Shown: one piece after another, positions 1 to 19,700 of the stretch
Layout: each line of letters begins with the position of its first letter
How positions within the stretch are numbered: the stretch's first letter is position 1
NCBI RefSeq assembly: GCF_009914755.1
Contig: NC_060925.1
DNA from: the human T2T-CHM13v2.0 reference genome, Homo sapiens
Reading direction: 5' to 3' (one strand)
Length of the DNA: 64,000 nucleotides
Notes under the pieces: model-generated
Database searches by the model: none
Told to the model about the DNA's origin: nothing
The model's input: only the letters and a program-made list of their open reading frames with translations
Position numbers and translations under genes: made by a program

Positions 1-334
1 AATGTCCTAGGGCTTTCCCAGCACAGCCAGAGTGAGGAAGGCTGGCTTAGACCACGCATCCACAGGGCAGAGGAATGCAGACACGTTCACTGCTGAACTC
101 TTCATGTGGTCTGCATGTGGGCTGCTCCTCCTGGCTGCCATGGAAGGCCTGCTGGGCTGAAGTTGAATTGGGCAGCCTGGGAGGGTCTGATCCTAGAGTC
201 AGCCCCACCATGGCGGTCAGGGCAGGCCCACAATGACAGCCCCAGCTGCTGGGGAAGAGCATGAGAGAGCATATTCCCTGACTCCCAAAACCCTTTCCCC
301 ATTTCTAATATATTAACTCCCCCCAAAATAAAAG

Positions 335-420
335 ACTTAGGTTGAAATATAACAAAATACATATATGATCTATGTGAGGAAAACTATAAAAACTCTGATG
401 AAAGAAATCAAATAACTAAC
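335..420 (+). mobile_element. Short L1 ORF2 fragment
   Basis: gatctatgtgaggaaaactataaaactctgatgaaagaaatcaaa. Confidence 0.6.
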
Positions 421-672
421 TATAGTTGCTCCGGTGCCAGCACTGGTGACCTGCCCCGCCCTGCTATGCAAATTTCTTAGGCCAAGGAACGCACATTGGG
501 AAATGCCGTCTTCACCTAACCAATGTGCATTTCTGATACAGAGATTGTGTAGACTTATAGGACATTAGAAGTGGAAGGAGCTGTATCATTTAGTTCAGAT
601 TTCTTTGCAGATACAAAAACAGAGGCCCAGAGATTTCTTCTTTTTCCTTTTCAGAAGCAACTGACATAACCA

Positions 673-1123
673 TGTGTGTCTAGTCTGCTTGGGCTGCCGT
701 AACTAAGTACCACAAAGTCGGAGGCTCAAACAACAGAGATTTATGGTCTCCCAGTTCTGGAGGCTGGAAGTCTGAGATCAAGGTGCCAGCAGTGTTGGAC
801 TCTCCTGAGGGCTGTGAGGGAGATTCTGTTCTATGCCCCTCTCTTAGCTTCTGGTGGTTTGCTGGCACTTTTTGGCATTCCTTGGCTTGTAGAAGCATCA
901 TCGCAACCTCTGCCTGTTCTCCCTGTGTTCAGGCCTGTCTCCAAATGTCCCGATTTTATAAGGACACTGGCCATATTGGATTTTAGAGCCCACCCTAATG
1001 ATCTCATAGTAACTTGCTTACCTCTGTAGAGACCCTATGTCCAAATAAGCTTACATTCTGAGATATTGGGTATCAGAACCCCAACATAGGGATTTTGCAG
1101 GGGACACAATTCAGTCCATAACA
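673..1123 (-). mobile_element. MLT1-family MaLR LTR
   Basis: Characteristic gggctgccgtaactaagtaccaca...cagttctggaggctggaagtctgagatcaaggtgccagcag and terminal ggggacacaattcagtccataaca. Confidence 0.8.
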
Positions 1124-1560
1124 GCACACAATAATTTGGTGATGATTATATTGCAGAATTTGTCTCGAAATCTGATACTTAGTAGACGTTTATTAAATGG
1201 AATGGATGGATGAATACATAAGTCTTAGCATCCAGGGTATTGTGTGTTTATCTGTATCAGAAAACATACACCTTGATGGTTTCCATTCTCCTCTGAGCAG
1301 AAGGCTGGAGTTTTCCAGACCAGCCTCCACTGTCATGAATCATTTTGCTTTATTATTCGTTCTGGCTATATCGGTTATACTTACATCTTTTCCTATGCAT
1401 TCTCTTTTGTTCTACTTCCCATCCGGGATATGGCTGCATATGCTTACCTACCCTTTGCTAAATCACAAAGCCTTAGCTGTGATAGGTACTCGTTATTTGT
1501 TTAAAACTGTTAATAGTAACAGCAAGCTAGGGATACAGAATTCTTTCTGTTACATGATTA

Positions 1561-1890
<330 letters not shown>

Positions 1891-2260
1891 TTATTAAAAG
1901 ATGATGAATGATGAGGGCCCAGTGTGGTGGTGCAAGTCTGTAGTCCCAGCTACTTGGGTGGCGGTGGCTGAGGACGAAGGATCGCTTAAGCCTAGGCATA
2001 TGATCGATATAATCGTGCCACCACACTCCCACCTGGGCCACAGAGGAAGACTCTGTCTCTAAAATAATAATAATAATAAAGAAAATGAAGGAAGTATGAT
2101 CTTCTCTTTTTTCCCTTTGCATGGGTATAATTTTTTTTTGTATAGTTATAGTCACACTGTATAGACAATGGAATGTCTTGCTTTCTTCACTTACTACAGT
2201 ATCATAAACATTTTGTATAAAGAGTTAATTTGATGTGATCAAATGAATAATCATTATTAA

Positions 2261-2613
<353 letters not shown>

Positions 2614-3137
2614 CTAACTCATATAGTTTTCAAAATGACCTTATGCAGAATGTACCATTATTATGCTCACTTTACACATCGAGATCCAGAGTGGTTAAAT
2701 ATTTGTTTAAGGTCATACAGTACTGAGTACTGATACTACTATCTTGACTCTACCCTCTGGATTCTATCACCATGGCCACTGCACAATTACCTCATATGGG
2801 CAGTGCACGCCCAGCTGAATTTTTGCGCCTATCCCCAGCAGCCAACCCCAGTTCTTCCTCTCCCAGGGGTACACAATGCAAGTCTTGACTCTGCTACTCA
2901 ATACTGTATGACTGGAAACATGATGATAGAATCTACTATCTTGATTCTATCGCCATGGCCTCTGGAGCTAGATGGACCTTCTCAGTCCCTAGCTTTGCTA
3001 CTTTGCTGTGTCACCTGGAGCTGGTTCCCAATCCCTCTCAGTCAGCTTTCTCCTTCGTAAAATGGACATCTTAATACTGATCTCCTAGCACACAGTAAGT
3101 GCTCAATAAATATCTGGTTAACGTTATATTTACATGA

Positions 3138-3488
<351 letters not shown>

Positions 3489-4085
3489 CAGAGTTTCTTT
3501 CCTCACCTTCAGCTCAGGCCTGATCTGAAATTTGGAGGCCTTAAAGTTAGGCGGTTGGACCTGGCTCTCTCCCTCCTCCCCGGAGATGAGAATTTGGCCA
3601 CTGCACAATTACCTGATATGGGCAGTGCACTTCCAGCTGAATTTTTACACCTCCCCCCAGCAGCCAACCCCAGCTCCTTCTCTCCCAGGAATACACCTTG
3701 CACCTCTTACCTGAGCAGGTAAGAGGCCTGCGTGCTTTCCAGAAGGCACTGGTGCATGTGACCCATGGAAAACATGCCCCACTGTGCCATCATCCAGGGC
3801 GGCTCCAGCTAGCATCTTGCTTCCTCATGCCCACAGGTTAGGTCTTCCAGTGGCAGAAAGGTTGGGCCTGTGAGTACCCACAGTCCACAAGAATCCAGCT
3901 GGGGAGTGAGAGGCTGGTCCCCGCCCCTGCTGATAAGCACCCCCTAGTGGTGATCTTGACGCCCTCATCACTTGGCTTGGATGGAGCAGAGAGCAGCCCT
4001 GTTTCTCCTTATGAGCAGAGGGAGGGCAGCAGCCCCAGCTTTCACTCCTTCCGTGAATTTCTTCTAAGAAATCTCTTTCTCTTAT

Positions 4086-4453
4086 TGATATGGTGTGGCT
4101 CTGTGTCCCCACCCAAGTCTCATCTCAAACTGTAATCCCCATGTGTCTTAGGAGGGAGCTGGTGGGAGGTGATTGGATCACGGGGGTGGTTATCCCCATG
4201 CTGTTCTCACGACAGTGAGTGAGTTTGCACGAGATCTGATGGTTTAAAAGTGTGTGGCCGATCCCCCCCCTCTCTCTCTCTTTCTTACTGCCATGTAAGA
4301 CGTGCCCTGCTTCTCCTTCACCTTCTACCATGACTGTAAGTTTCTTGAGGCCTCCTCAGCCATGTGGAACTCTGAGTCAATTAAACCTCTTTTCTTTATA
4401 AATTACCCAGTCTCAGGCAGTTCTTTACAGCAGTGTGAAAATGGACTAATACA
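4086..4453 (+). mobile_element. THE1-type (ERVL-MaLR) solo LTR, THE1D-like
   Basis: Begins tgatatggtgtggctctgtgtccccaccc, has the internal attaaacctcttttctttataaattacccagtctcagg and ends atggactaataca. Near-TSD cttat/cttct. Confidence 0.88.
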
Positions 4454-5036
4454 CTTCTATAAGCTGAAGGTGGGGCTTGGGGCAAGGGTCATACCACCAC
4501 ATTTGACCCACCCTTAGCTGGTCTTGGGGTTTAAACAGCACCTCTCTGTGGAACATGTACACACCACTGTCCTCACTTGGGCCCAATCAAAACTCCTATG
4601 ACACTAAAGACATCCCATCTCACATCCTCCTATAGGATGTCCCATTACAGTCTCCGCCGTATAGCTACGTAAGGGTTTCTTTATGTTTATTACGGGACTT
4701 GGAGATTGTTTCAACTATTTCACTGTTCTAAATGCTGCTTCGGTGAATGTCACGATGTGAGTACTTGCCCCCCACTCCCGCATAAGGTTGTATCTTTCCT
4801 ACAACTACCCTGATGTCTGTATTTGTAGACTAGACCTAAGGCTGATTGCCAGTTCGTTCTTCCACTAAGCAACCCAGAGGCACTCAAAGTCCCTTCCTAG
4901 TGATAAGTGCCACCAAATAAAAGAAATGATGCTGTTTTATCTGTTGAAAGCCTAGCAGTAACTACAGTCTTGTGCTGCATAATAAAGTTTACTGTCAACA
5001 ACAGACCATGTGTACGCCAGTGGTCCCTTGAGATTC

Positions 5037-5341
<305 letters not shown>

Positions 5342-5342
5342 G

Positions 5343-5610
5343 AGATTCTAATACCATGTTTTTACTGTGCCTCTTCTGTGTTTAGATATGTATTTACCAT
5401 TGTGTTGCAGTTGCCTACAGTATTCAAGTCAGTAACATGCTGCACAGGTTTGTAGCCCAGGAGCAATAGGCTTTACCACCCAGCCTAGGTGTGTGGTGGG
5501 CTACACCATCCAGGTTTGTGTAAGGGCACTCTATGATGTTCACACAACGAAATCACCTAAGGACGCATTTCTCAGACCATATCCCCATTGTTAAGGGACA
5601 CATGACTGTA
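5343..5610. mobile_element. Tigger3/Golem-type DNA transposon fragment, interrupted on the left by an Alu
   Basis: Ends ccccattgttaagggacacatgactgTA (TIR-like plus TA); internal ggtttgtagcccaggagcaataggct is typical of Tigger3. Confidence 0.7.
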
Positions 5611-5694
5611 ATTGATTTCTTTGATATCTAACATGTCTCTCAAAAATTTAAGTTCTGCATTATGTTATACAGAATAAATGGAGAACTATCTTAG

Positions 5695-6113
<419 letters not shown>

Positions 6114-6695
6114 TAGAGTTTGTATCTTCAGTGGGACACGCCCCTTTGTCTTTGACCCCTCACACACCGCCTGCACCTTCCTTTTAGAGAGCTGGATTCC
6201 TCCTTCCTCCTAGCCCCCATGCATACTCTGTCATTCAGAGACCAGGGCCCCATCTATTGTGCTTTATTTCCTAGGCTTGGTGTCATCCAGAACTAGAGCA
6301 GGGGGATGACTCGGCTTTGCTAATCTTGACAATTTAGAAAGAGCCTGGGGCCTAGCTGCCCAGTTTGACAACTTGGCATCTTAAAGCCGAAGGGAACCTT
6401 AGAAATCACATTGTTCAGCCTCCTTGCTTTACAGATGAGGGAACCTGGGACAGTGGATGAGTAGCAGAGTTGGCCCGGGGCCTGGCCCAGCACCCCCGCC
6501 AGATGCCCAGCTTGTCTGAGTTGGTAGCAGTTGTTACCACCTGCTGCTGGGCCTCTTGCCTTGCCTAAATCTAGGGAGATTTAGACTTTTCCACAGTTCT
6601 GAATGATACTCATCTGGCAGAATGGTGCAGATAAAAGCTACTGGAACAAAACTGGGAGATGGAAGTGTTGCTCCTTTCCTTAAATTGGATGGAAA

Positions 6696-7236
<541 letters not shown>

Positions 7237-7564
7237 TTAGTTCCTTCCTCTAAGGGAAAATCAGATCGTTCTGGTTTGCTTGGTAACTCCTTACTTCATC
7301 CCTGATGGGAAGTTTATAGAATGAGGAACCAGGGCTATTACATGAAACTATAAAACTGCCTAGAGCACATACTTGGTATTTTTAACATTGTTGAGAGGGA
7401 CTCACTTAATTCAGCCTTGCAGCTATTGCATTCCAGTCCAAACCAACGGCAGGTTCTCAAAACAAGCGGTGAAAGGGTTCCTGTTGCAGAGCTGTCTGGA
7501 CATTTAAAGAAGGGAGAGGAAATCTCAAGGGGTCGGTTGCACTGGAATAGAAATCGCCTGTTCT

Positions 7565-7851
7565 TTTTTTTTGAGACGGAGTCTCGCTCTGTCACCCAGG
7601 CTGGAGAGCAGTTGCGCGATCTTTGCTCACTGCAACCTCTGCCTCCCGGGTTCACGCCATTCTCCTGCCTCAGCCTCCTGAATAGCTGGGACTACAGGCG
7701 CCCGCCACCACGTCTGGCTCATCTTTTGTATTTTTAGTAGAGATGGAGTTTCACCATTTTAGCCAGGATGGTCTCGATCTGCTGACCTTGTAATCCGCCC
7801 GCCTCGGCCTCCCAAAGTACAGGGATTATAGGCGTGAGCCACCGCGCCCAG
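7565..7851 (-). mobile_element. AluY-like element
   Basis: Antisense Alu with the AluY-like ttcacgccattctcc. Confidence 0.85.
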
Positions 7852-8999
7852 GTGCCTGTTCCTTTTTTAAGAGTCTCACTCTGTCGCCCAGGCTGGCGTG
7901 CAGTGGCGCGATCTCTGCTTACTGCAGTCTCCGTCTCCTGAGTTCAAATCAAGCGAGAAATCACTTGTTCTCTTCTGTGAACGGAAGCATCGCGGATCTC
8001 TCTTGGCCTCACACTCCTCCATCTCCCTGATTCCTCTGTTCTTCATTTACCTACCTTCCCAGCAGTCTGCAGAGCTGGCCGCTCACTCACCTCTAGTAAG
8101 GGGATGGAGGGTCCTGTGTTGGAATAACTCACTGACCGCTAGAAAGTTAAAAATAAATGGGTAATGCCAGGAGAACTTGGCTGGTGCCTTAAAAGCCATA
8201 GAACTTCTCTTTCCATCTGTAGATAACTGTAGACAATTTTGTCCAAAACAGATAATGATCTGATTCTACCTCCCATTGGTATTTCCCTTCCTCGGCCTGT
8301 GACATCTCACTTTCTCTAGACTGAACTTTATCCCAGACTGTGACCTTGCCATGACCTTCCTCCTGCGTGTGCCTCTGCCACCACAGGAATGGCCACGCCT
8401 CAGATCATGTCACCGCTGGGAACAAACCCTCTACCTGCGACTCTGAAGTTCCCTCTCTGACCCTCTTTTCTTTCTTCCCCTCCCCCCTCCCCTCACTCCC
8501 TCTGCACCTGTGTTTCACTGTCACGCTCCCAACTCATCCCTGTAGAGCTGGTGAAGAGATGCTGATGTAGTTCTTGACCTTGAACCCCGGCCCTGCAGCC
8601 GTCCTGTGGCCTCACTGACCCAGCGTCATGCCCTGGTCAAGCATTTTGGTGATGCTCTTGGTGATTTTCAATGGGACCTGCCTTGCCAAGCCCTGGGCTT
8701 AGGTGAACCAGGACCACCTGCATTCTATGTTTTTGATTGCTGGAAAAAAATCATGAAATGTCAACTGTTGTTCTCATTTTTCCCACTGCCAGTTCCTGCT
8801 ACCCAACCTCCGCCCTCATTTCAAGGCCTTGAGTACTTTTTTTCTATAGTGAAGTCTCCCAAAAATGATATTTTTTAAAAAAAGAAAAGCCATAGTACTC
8901 TGATTTGATGTGGTCTGTTAATACCTATGGGCTTTGACTTGTTTCTGCTTTTAGACCTAGACAAAATAAAATATCTGTGGTAAAACATATTCAAGTTTA

Positions 9000-9609
<610 letters not shown>

Positions 9610-10399
9610 CAGGCCAAAGGGCAAAAATGCTTGCTTTTTAGCACTTAGTAGTTATTTCCCCAAGAAGAGCGGGAGAGAAGTTTATTAATAATGAAACTGG
9701 ACAGTTCTTTATCAGCTCTAATTGTTTGACTCAATGGCTTCTCTTCTCATTACCATGCAGTGCTCTGCTGGCTGCAATGCCTTTGAACTTCACAAGAAGG
9801 TTAGAATTTCACTGAGACATTCGGATGGTGTGGGTGTCAGGGTGCAGCTCTCACACATAGTTGAGAGTGTAAATTGATACAACTTTATGGAAAATTAATT
9901 GGGAGTACCCATTCACACTCCTGTCTAGCAATCTCACTTTAAGGACTTGATCCTACAGAACTCATTACATGGTGCAAGGTTCACAGTGTGGCATTCAAAA
10001 TAGAGAAGAGCTGCGGGTAACTCCCATGCCCGTTGGCAGGAACTGGTTGAATAAATTATGGTGCATCAGTGCTGTGGGGTATCATTAAACCATTAAAAAG
10101 AAGAGAGAGTCCTGGCCTTAAAAAAAACTTATCTGATGTATTGTTAAACAGATAAAGCAAGTTGTAGATCAATGTGATTTGGGGCTAAAAAAATATTTCT
10201 ATATAGGTGTGAACATGGCCATGACTAAGGAATCAGGAAGGAAGTACCTAGATTGTCACCAGTAACATGTCGGGAGTGAGATGGGATTGAGAGACGTAAT
10301 AATAGATTGAGAGAAAAAGATTTTCCCATCTCTTTTTGATTTTTTAAGAAAACAGCATGATTTTCAGTAATTTTTACTTTTGTGTGTTTTTGGTATTTT

Positions 10400-12888
<2,489 letters not shown>

Positions 12889-13029
12889 TGAAAAAGTTTT
12901 GAACGGTCTAAATCCATATGCTGTGAATCCTATTACCATCACACACTTAGGCATTTAAAATCATATTTTCAAGGCCAGGTACTGAAATATTTTCTGCAAG
13001 CAGAGAGATCAAACTTTAGCATTGTTATT

Positions 13030-13350
13030 CTTGTAGTAGTTTCATAGTTTGAGGTCTTAGATTTAAGTCTTCCATTGATTTTGATTTGATTTTTGTATAT
13101 GGAGATAGGGGTCTAGTTTCATTCTTTTGCATATGGATATCCAGTTTTCCCAGCACCATTTATTGAAGAGACTGTCTTTTTCACCAGTGTATGCTCTTGG
13201 CACCTTCGTCAAAAATGAGTTCCCTGTAGGTGTGTGGGTTTGCTTCTGGTTCTCTATTCTGTCCCATTGGTCTAAGTGTTTGGTTTTATGCTACTACCAT
13301 GCTGGTTGGTATAGCTCTGCAGTATAACTTGAAAGCAGGTAATGTGATTC
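13030..13350 (-). mobile_element. LINE-1 ORF2 fragment
   Basis: catatggatatccagttttcccagcaccatttattgaagagactgtc is canonical antisense L1 sequence. Confidence 0.85.
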
Positions 13351-13697
13351 CAAAGAAGCTAGTTAAGTAATTGAGCTAAACTGGAACCTCAGGTGTAGAA
13401 GTCATAAGCGTGGGGAGCGTTTCTTCTCAGGTTCTCTGCCTATAATTTAGTTTGCCACACCAGATGAACAGTGACAACTTGGTCTTGGTGTTCGTGGTGG
13501 TTTCCAACCAAACTTTGGTCATAACAGGTGAACCAGCCTGGGGCATGCTTTCCCATTCGGTTATCCTCCCCATAGTTTGCAAAGTAGCAAAGATGAACTC
13601 TTCATGAGTTGGCTAAGCATAGACATTTCAAGACCAAACTAAACGTCCTGAAGAGCATGTTTCACAGAAAACTAGCCCCTAAGGGACCAGTGGGGGC

Positions 13698-14222
13698 TGT
13701 CAGAGAACAAGGTTTCAACGTACTGAGTTTTAAAGATCTAATTGGCTTTTAATAACAATTCATGAACCAGGCACCATAGTCTACAAAATAGACAGGGTTT
13801 CTGCTGGGCACTGCAGGACAGTTGGTTTTTGGAAGGTGGCTTGAGCAGGAACAAGGAAAAAGCACCGTGCCAAGAGTGGATTGGTTAACATCAGGGGACT
13901 TCGGGTGACTTTCCTTCTATGGGTTAAAGCAAAGGGGACTTCCCTAGCATGTCAGCTCAGGTTGACTGGGCCCCTTTGGATTGGTTGCTGTGAATCTCCT
14001 AGTTTTTTTTGTTTTGGTTTGGTTTGGGTCTTTTGGGGAAAACGGGCCAGTTTGGAGATTCAGCTATTATTTCTCTCTCCTGATATCAGAAGATCAGATC
14101 TTATGAGTACACAGCTGAGGTTTTGGGTTGGTGATGTGGAACCCTGGTGTGAGTGACTCCATTTTGGGTTGGTCTATTGGGGTCTCGGTGCAGGAGCTCA
14201 GTCCAAATCAGTGGCCTCTCCT
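13698..14222 (-). mobile_element. ERV1-class solo LTR, MER67-like
   Basis: The reverse complement begins with tttggactgagctcctgcac...ccccaatagaccaacccaaaatggagtcact, resembling the recalled MER67 5' end. Confidence 0.6.
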
Positions 14223-15039
14223 CATTTTTATTTGACTTCTCCATCAATCTATCCGTGTCTCCCGTCACATCAGTCCATTCCCCCGTGGGCTGCACATTCA
14301 GCTCGGAGCTGAGAGCTTTTCCCAGGGTGTGCCCTGGGGTTTCTGCTGCTTGCAGCCTGATATTAAATCTCAGGTGTAAATCTTCAGAGGCAACTGTTCC
14401 TTAGTACCCAGAGCTTTCAGCTCCCTGAGCAGAAATGGGACTTGACTGTCAGTTTATAAACTAACCAAGGTGTGAAATTCATGCAACTTAGCCGACTTTC
14501 TGTTCAAAGAATTCTTGGCAGCAGTTAATACATTTTGCCCAAATATAAGATAATTCCCTTGTACTCACAATGAGAAAGTTTTACAAAATGGGGGTTTTCT
14601 TTAGTTTACTTGAATATAAAACATAGGTGTTCCACTCTGCAGTACCTTAACAGTTCTTAAGGAGATGTTTGAAACAACCCATGTCCAGGCCTCACACCTC
14701 GCCAATTAAATAAATGAGAAGTTCTTCCCAGCCAGTGTTAAGAAAAATTAACATCAAGTTTTAGGAAGGTAGACAGATTATGCAAATGCATACCTATATG
14801 ATTTAAGTTATTACATTAATTTACACACACATATTTAAAATCATAGATTAATCTAATTTAGAGATGCTGCATTTTTTCCATCTCTCCTGTTTCATAAATG
14901 TTATTCACACGGCATTTCTCTGCTATCCTCGGAATAGTGTTTGTATCGTGTCACTCTGGCACGGGGCTCTACAGAACATGTCGAGCGTGTTGCCTTCCCT
15001 ACTGCCCACATCGTTTGAGAGAACACATTTTAAACATTT

Positions 15040-15520
<481 letters not shown>

Positions 15521-16019
15521 GCCCTGACATGGAGGCTGGGCCAACGGATATCTCACCTCCCTTCAGGCTTCTCCAGATTTGCCCCCGTTTTTCTCCCTCT
15601 TTGTCCCATCTCCAAAGAAATGGTGTCTTTTCATCATCAAGGTCCATCCCTTGCTCCTTGAATACACTCCAGGCCCAGTGGAACAGGCATCCTGTGGGGT
15701 GCACGGACAGGGTGCCTGGGGAACACCCAGGGCACAGAACCCAGACCGGGGGTTTGGAGAAGGTGTCCTAGCAGAAGTGATGTCTAAGCTGAGGCCCTAC
15801 AGATAAGAGAAAGTAAGCAGATGAAAGGGCTGGGGAGGGTGGCATTTCAGGCCTACACAACCACACGCGTGTTCTTCAGCCATCTCCATGGCCTCACTGC
15901 CCACCTGGTATCAGCCGGCCACCACCCGGCTAGAACGGCTTTCAAAATCGCTGCTCGTCTACTCCTCACCAAATCTTGTCTTCACTTGGTGCTCAGAGCC
16001 CATCACCTTTCTGCAAGTA

Positions 16020-16505
16020 TTTTTTTTTTTTTTTTTGGAGATGGAGTCTCGCTCTGTCACCCGGGCTGGAGTGCAGTGGTTCAATGATAGCTCACTGCAA
16101 CCTTGAACTCCTGGGCTCAAGATCCTCTTGCCACAGCCTCCCAAAGTGCTGAGATTACAGGCACAAGCCACCATGCGTGGTCCTTGCTGCAACTTTTTTT
16201 TTTTTTTTTTTTTCTTTTTTTTTGAGACAGAATCTCGCTCTGTCGCTCAGGCTGGAGTGCAGTGGTGTGATCTCGGCTCAATGCAACCTCCGCCTCCCGG
16301 GTTCAGGTGATTCTCCTGCCTCACCCTCCTGAGTAGCTAGGAACACAGGCGCTCACCACCACATCCAGCTAATTTTTGTGTTTTTAGTAGAGCCGGGGTT
16401 TTGCCATGTTGGCCAGGCTTCTCTCAAACTCCTGACCTCGGGCGATTGGCCCGCCTCGGCCTCCCAAAATGCTGGAATTACAGGCATGAGCCACCGTGCC
16501 TGGCC
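16020..16505 (-). mobile_element. Alu monomer plus a full antisense Alu (16194-16505)
   Basis: TSD ttgctgcaactttt flanks the full element. Confidence 0.85.
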
Positions 16506-18179
16506 ATTTGCTGCAACTTTTGACACTGCTCCCCCTGCTTTTCTTCCCCTCTCTGACCTCCTTTCTCTGCTGTCCTTTCGTTCCTTCCTCTGCCACTGAA
16601 GTGTCCTTCTCAGGTCCTTCTCAAGGTTGTGACCTTACAGCTGTCTCTTCACTTCCAGTCATTTCTTTCATAATCACTTTGACATCCTTATTTTCATCTC
16701 CTGCCCTGGCCTCTCCCAGGGACCAGGACCATGCATTCAGCTCCTGGGGGCATCTCAAGCTTGTTGTGTGTGAGCCTGCCCTTGTTGTCTTCTCCGTCAC
16801 CTCTTCACAGCTTGCTCTGCATTTCACCTCCTTTCCTGTTTTCCCCAGTGATCGCATCTCTACAGCGGCTCTCACTTCATCCCCTTCTCTCCTAGAGGAG
16901 TGATGCGGAGTCTCATTAATCCTTGCTTATGTCATTCTTCCCCCTTCTCTGTCCATCACCTCCACATGTCCTGTTCCCCCATGCGTCCTACACTGTAGCC
17001 AGGTGGGTATTTCCTGTGCTGGTCTTAGACACCCCCTGAGGATACCCTGCTTCAGGCGAGAGCCCCTCAGTGACTCCCTGTTGTCCGGAATGACGTCCAG
17101 CTCCTTGGACAGGCCCCAGTGTATTCACCTGTCTCATCTCCTTCTTTTCGTTTTGTTTGTTTTTCTTAACTTCCAGCCCGATTTCTGAATCATCTCCCTC
17201 TTGCCCCTCCCATTGCCTTTGCTTAAGACTAAATGCTCCTTCCTCCCAAGTCCCCACTGCCCAGATTTCAGCAGGGTCCATCTCAAACATGTCTGTCTCC
17301 AAGAAACTGCCTCTGATTTTTTTCATAAGAAGACACCTGTCCTCTCTGACTTCATCTGTACCCCTCTCTTGGAAGTCACTATCTTGTGCCTTGCATTTTC
17401 GTTGTTTAAGTGGTCTCCATTTCCCAGCATATCTTGAGGTCAAGGGTTCAGGTCATTTTATCTTTGTCTATGCATTGCAATATGGGGGTTTTTACATATT
17501 AGCTGCTCAATAAATCGGTGTTGAATAAAGGCATGTGTATGCTTTCATTAAGACTATGAAACCCACAAAAATCAGTGGTTTTCCTATTTCACCCTTAGAA
17601 AACAAAACCACAACATAGCACAACCTGATAATCAGAGCTAAGAACAAAGATCATGCATATTAATCTAAATTCTATCTTTATCAACTTTCACAAGTAATTC
17701 GTATTTCCCTGTCTGCATCACGGGGATGATTCTGGCCAGACATTGACCTTGGTAAAATTTCCTCCAGATTATGAGAAATCAAGTCAAATATGCCAAGTAA
17801 CATAGTTTCTACTTAGAGTCAGGTTCATGTTTTAGCAGGAACCTCAAATACCACAAAATCTGTCAAGTTCTAACATTTGTATCTCTCGACAGTACCTGAA
17901 GTTCCTGTTTCTGTTTCCTCAGCCCAGGTTTCCAATTCAGTGAGCAGAACGGTGACTGTGTTGGTAAAAGAGCCCACATACCTGCCCGATCCTGCAGGAG
18001 TGTTGCAGATGCAAACAGGCGGGTCTCCACATGACCTGCGGAGTAATGACTAGTGTCCCTAAAGTCATGGGGCTTCTGGGGTTAGCCTTGAAAAAAGCTA
18101 AAGGTTGCATAGAGAGAGATTTCTATCCGTTCAGAGACTCACTATAATTCTCTCTTTCTGTCTCTGTCCTTCATCTGTT

Positions 18180-18211
18180 TCTCTCTTTCTCTCTCACTCT
18201 CTCTCTCTGAT

Positions 18212-18243
<32 letters not shown>

Positions 18244-18245
18244 AC
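18180..18245 (+). repeat. (CT)n(CA)n microsatellite
   Basis: Directly visible. Confidence 0.9.
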
Positions 18246-18558
18246 TCCTGAGTAAGGGAAATGTGAGAAGAAGGTAAAACTTCAACTAAATGAAAAGAAA
18301 TTGTATGAATTATGGTAAGCAGGTTGGTTTTTAGTTCCAGTAAAGATAGAAATATTTAGATTACTTAGGAGAAAAGTCTAGCTGGTAACACATGGGAATG
18401 TGCCTGTGTGAAAACAAAACAAAACAAAAAATCTAGGCTTGTGGTTAGGTGAAGGTATGTACACTGCTGAGACATGGCGATGGGTGAGCTTGGGATGAGG
18501 AGAAAGGCTTCTCTGAGAAGATTAAGAGAGAAAGATTGTTTAAAAATGTTTAAAACAT

Positions 18559-18862
18559 GCTGGGCACTGTGGCTCACACCTGTAATCCCAACACTTTGGG
18601 AGGCCAAGGTGGGCGGATCATGAGGTCAGGAGTTCGAGACCATCCCGGCCAACATGGTGAAACCCTGTCTCTGCTAAAAATACAAAAATTAGCCAGGCGT
18701 GGTGGCGGGTGGCTGTAGTCCCAGCTACTTGGGAGGCTGAGGCAGGAGAATGGCGTGAACCCAGGAGGCGGAGATGCAGTGAGCCGAGATTGTGCCACTG
18801 CACTCCAGCCTGGGCGACAGAGCAAGACTCCGTCTCAAAAAAAACAAAAAAACAAAAAAAAA
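18559..18862 (+). mobile_element. Alu
   Basis: Sense dimeric Alu. Confidence 0.9.
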
Positions 18863-19184
18863 CACACATTGACACCAGGACGGAGTTAGCACATCTTTAC
18901 AGGTGAGACTCTCAGACCCGAGAAAATAGAGGCACTTTAGAGCTGAGCTAATCCCACAGCCACCTCAACACACAAACGGGGAATCTGAGACCCGCATTGG
19001 CACCGTGCCTGAGGTTCTAAAGCCCAGGGCTTCTGACTCGCCTCTTGTGCTTCTTCAGTACTGTGGGTGGGGGTGGGGTGGGGGGTGACATTAGCTGATG
19101 AGAAAGATTTTGGTTTTAGAAAGATGGAGTTAACATAAACGAAGGTGTACTGGGACTGGTCTCCTCTGCTGACTTCATGGGAAG

Positions 19185-19192
19185 CACACACA

Positions 19193-19231
<39 letters not shown>

Positions 19232-19235
19232 ACAC
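19185..19235 (+). repeat. (CA)n microsatellite
   Basis: Directly visible. Confidence 0.9.
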
Positions 19236-19534
19236 CTGTCCAAGATCAGAAAAAATCCCTCACATCCCTGTAGCATGATCCTGATTGTAAAAATGGAGCC
19301 CTAATCAGAAGGGCAGAAGCATGATTGCCTCTCAAGAGATTTGGACGCCACTTTTTCATAGTTGGTTTTAGCTGCTTTGCGATATATACTGAAATAAATA
19401 GAAAAGGGAAAGAATTGTAACCTGGATTGACAGACAACAAGCCCTGACAGACAAAAAGCAGATAAGAAATAAAATAAGGAAGATAACCCATAATGTAAAA
19501 TAAAAATAGCACATTGTTGCATGCATTGATACCC

Positions 19535-19700
19535 TTTTTTTTTTTTCTTTGAGATCTTGCTCTGTCTTTCAGGCCGAAGTACAGTGTCTCAATCATAGCT
19601 CACTGCAGCCTCCAGCTTCTGGGCTCAAGCAATCTTCCCATCTCAGCCACCCAAGTAGCTGGGGCTGCAGGCACGAACTATGGTGCCCAGCTGATAATTT
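19535..19700 (-). mobile_element. Partial AluJ/FRAM
   Basis: Poly-T followed by the antisense right arm. Confidence 0.75.

Noticed and set aside
3751-3780. Three CATG cores suggesting a p53/p63 site
   Set aside because: Spacing is 9 bp rather than the canonical 10, and only one good half-site (AAACATGCCC) is present.
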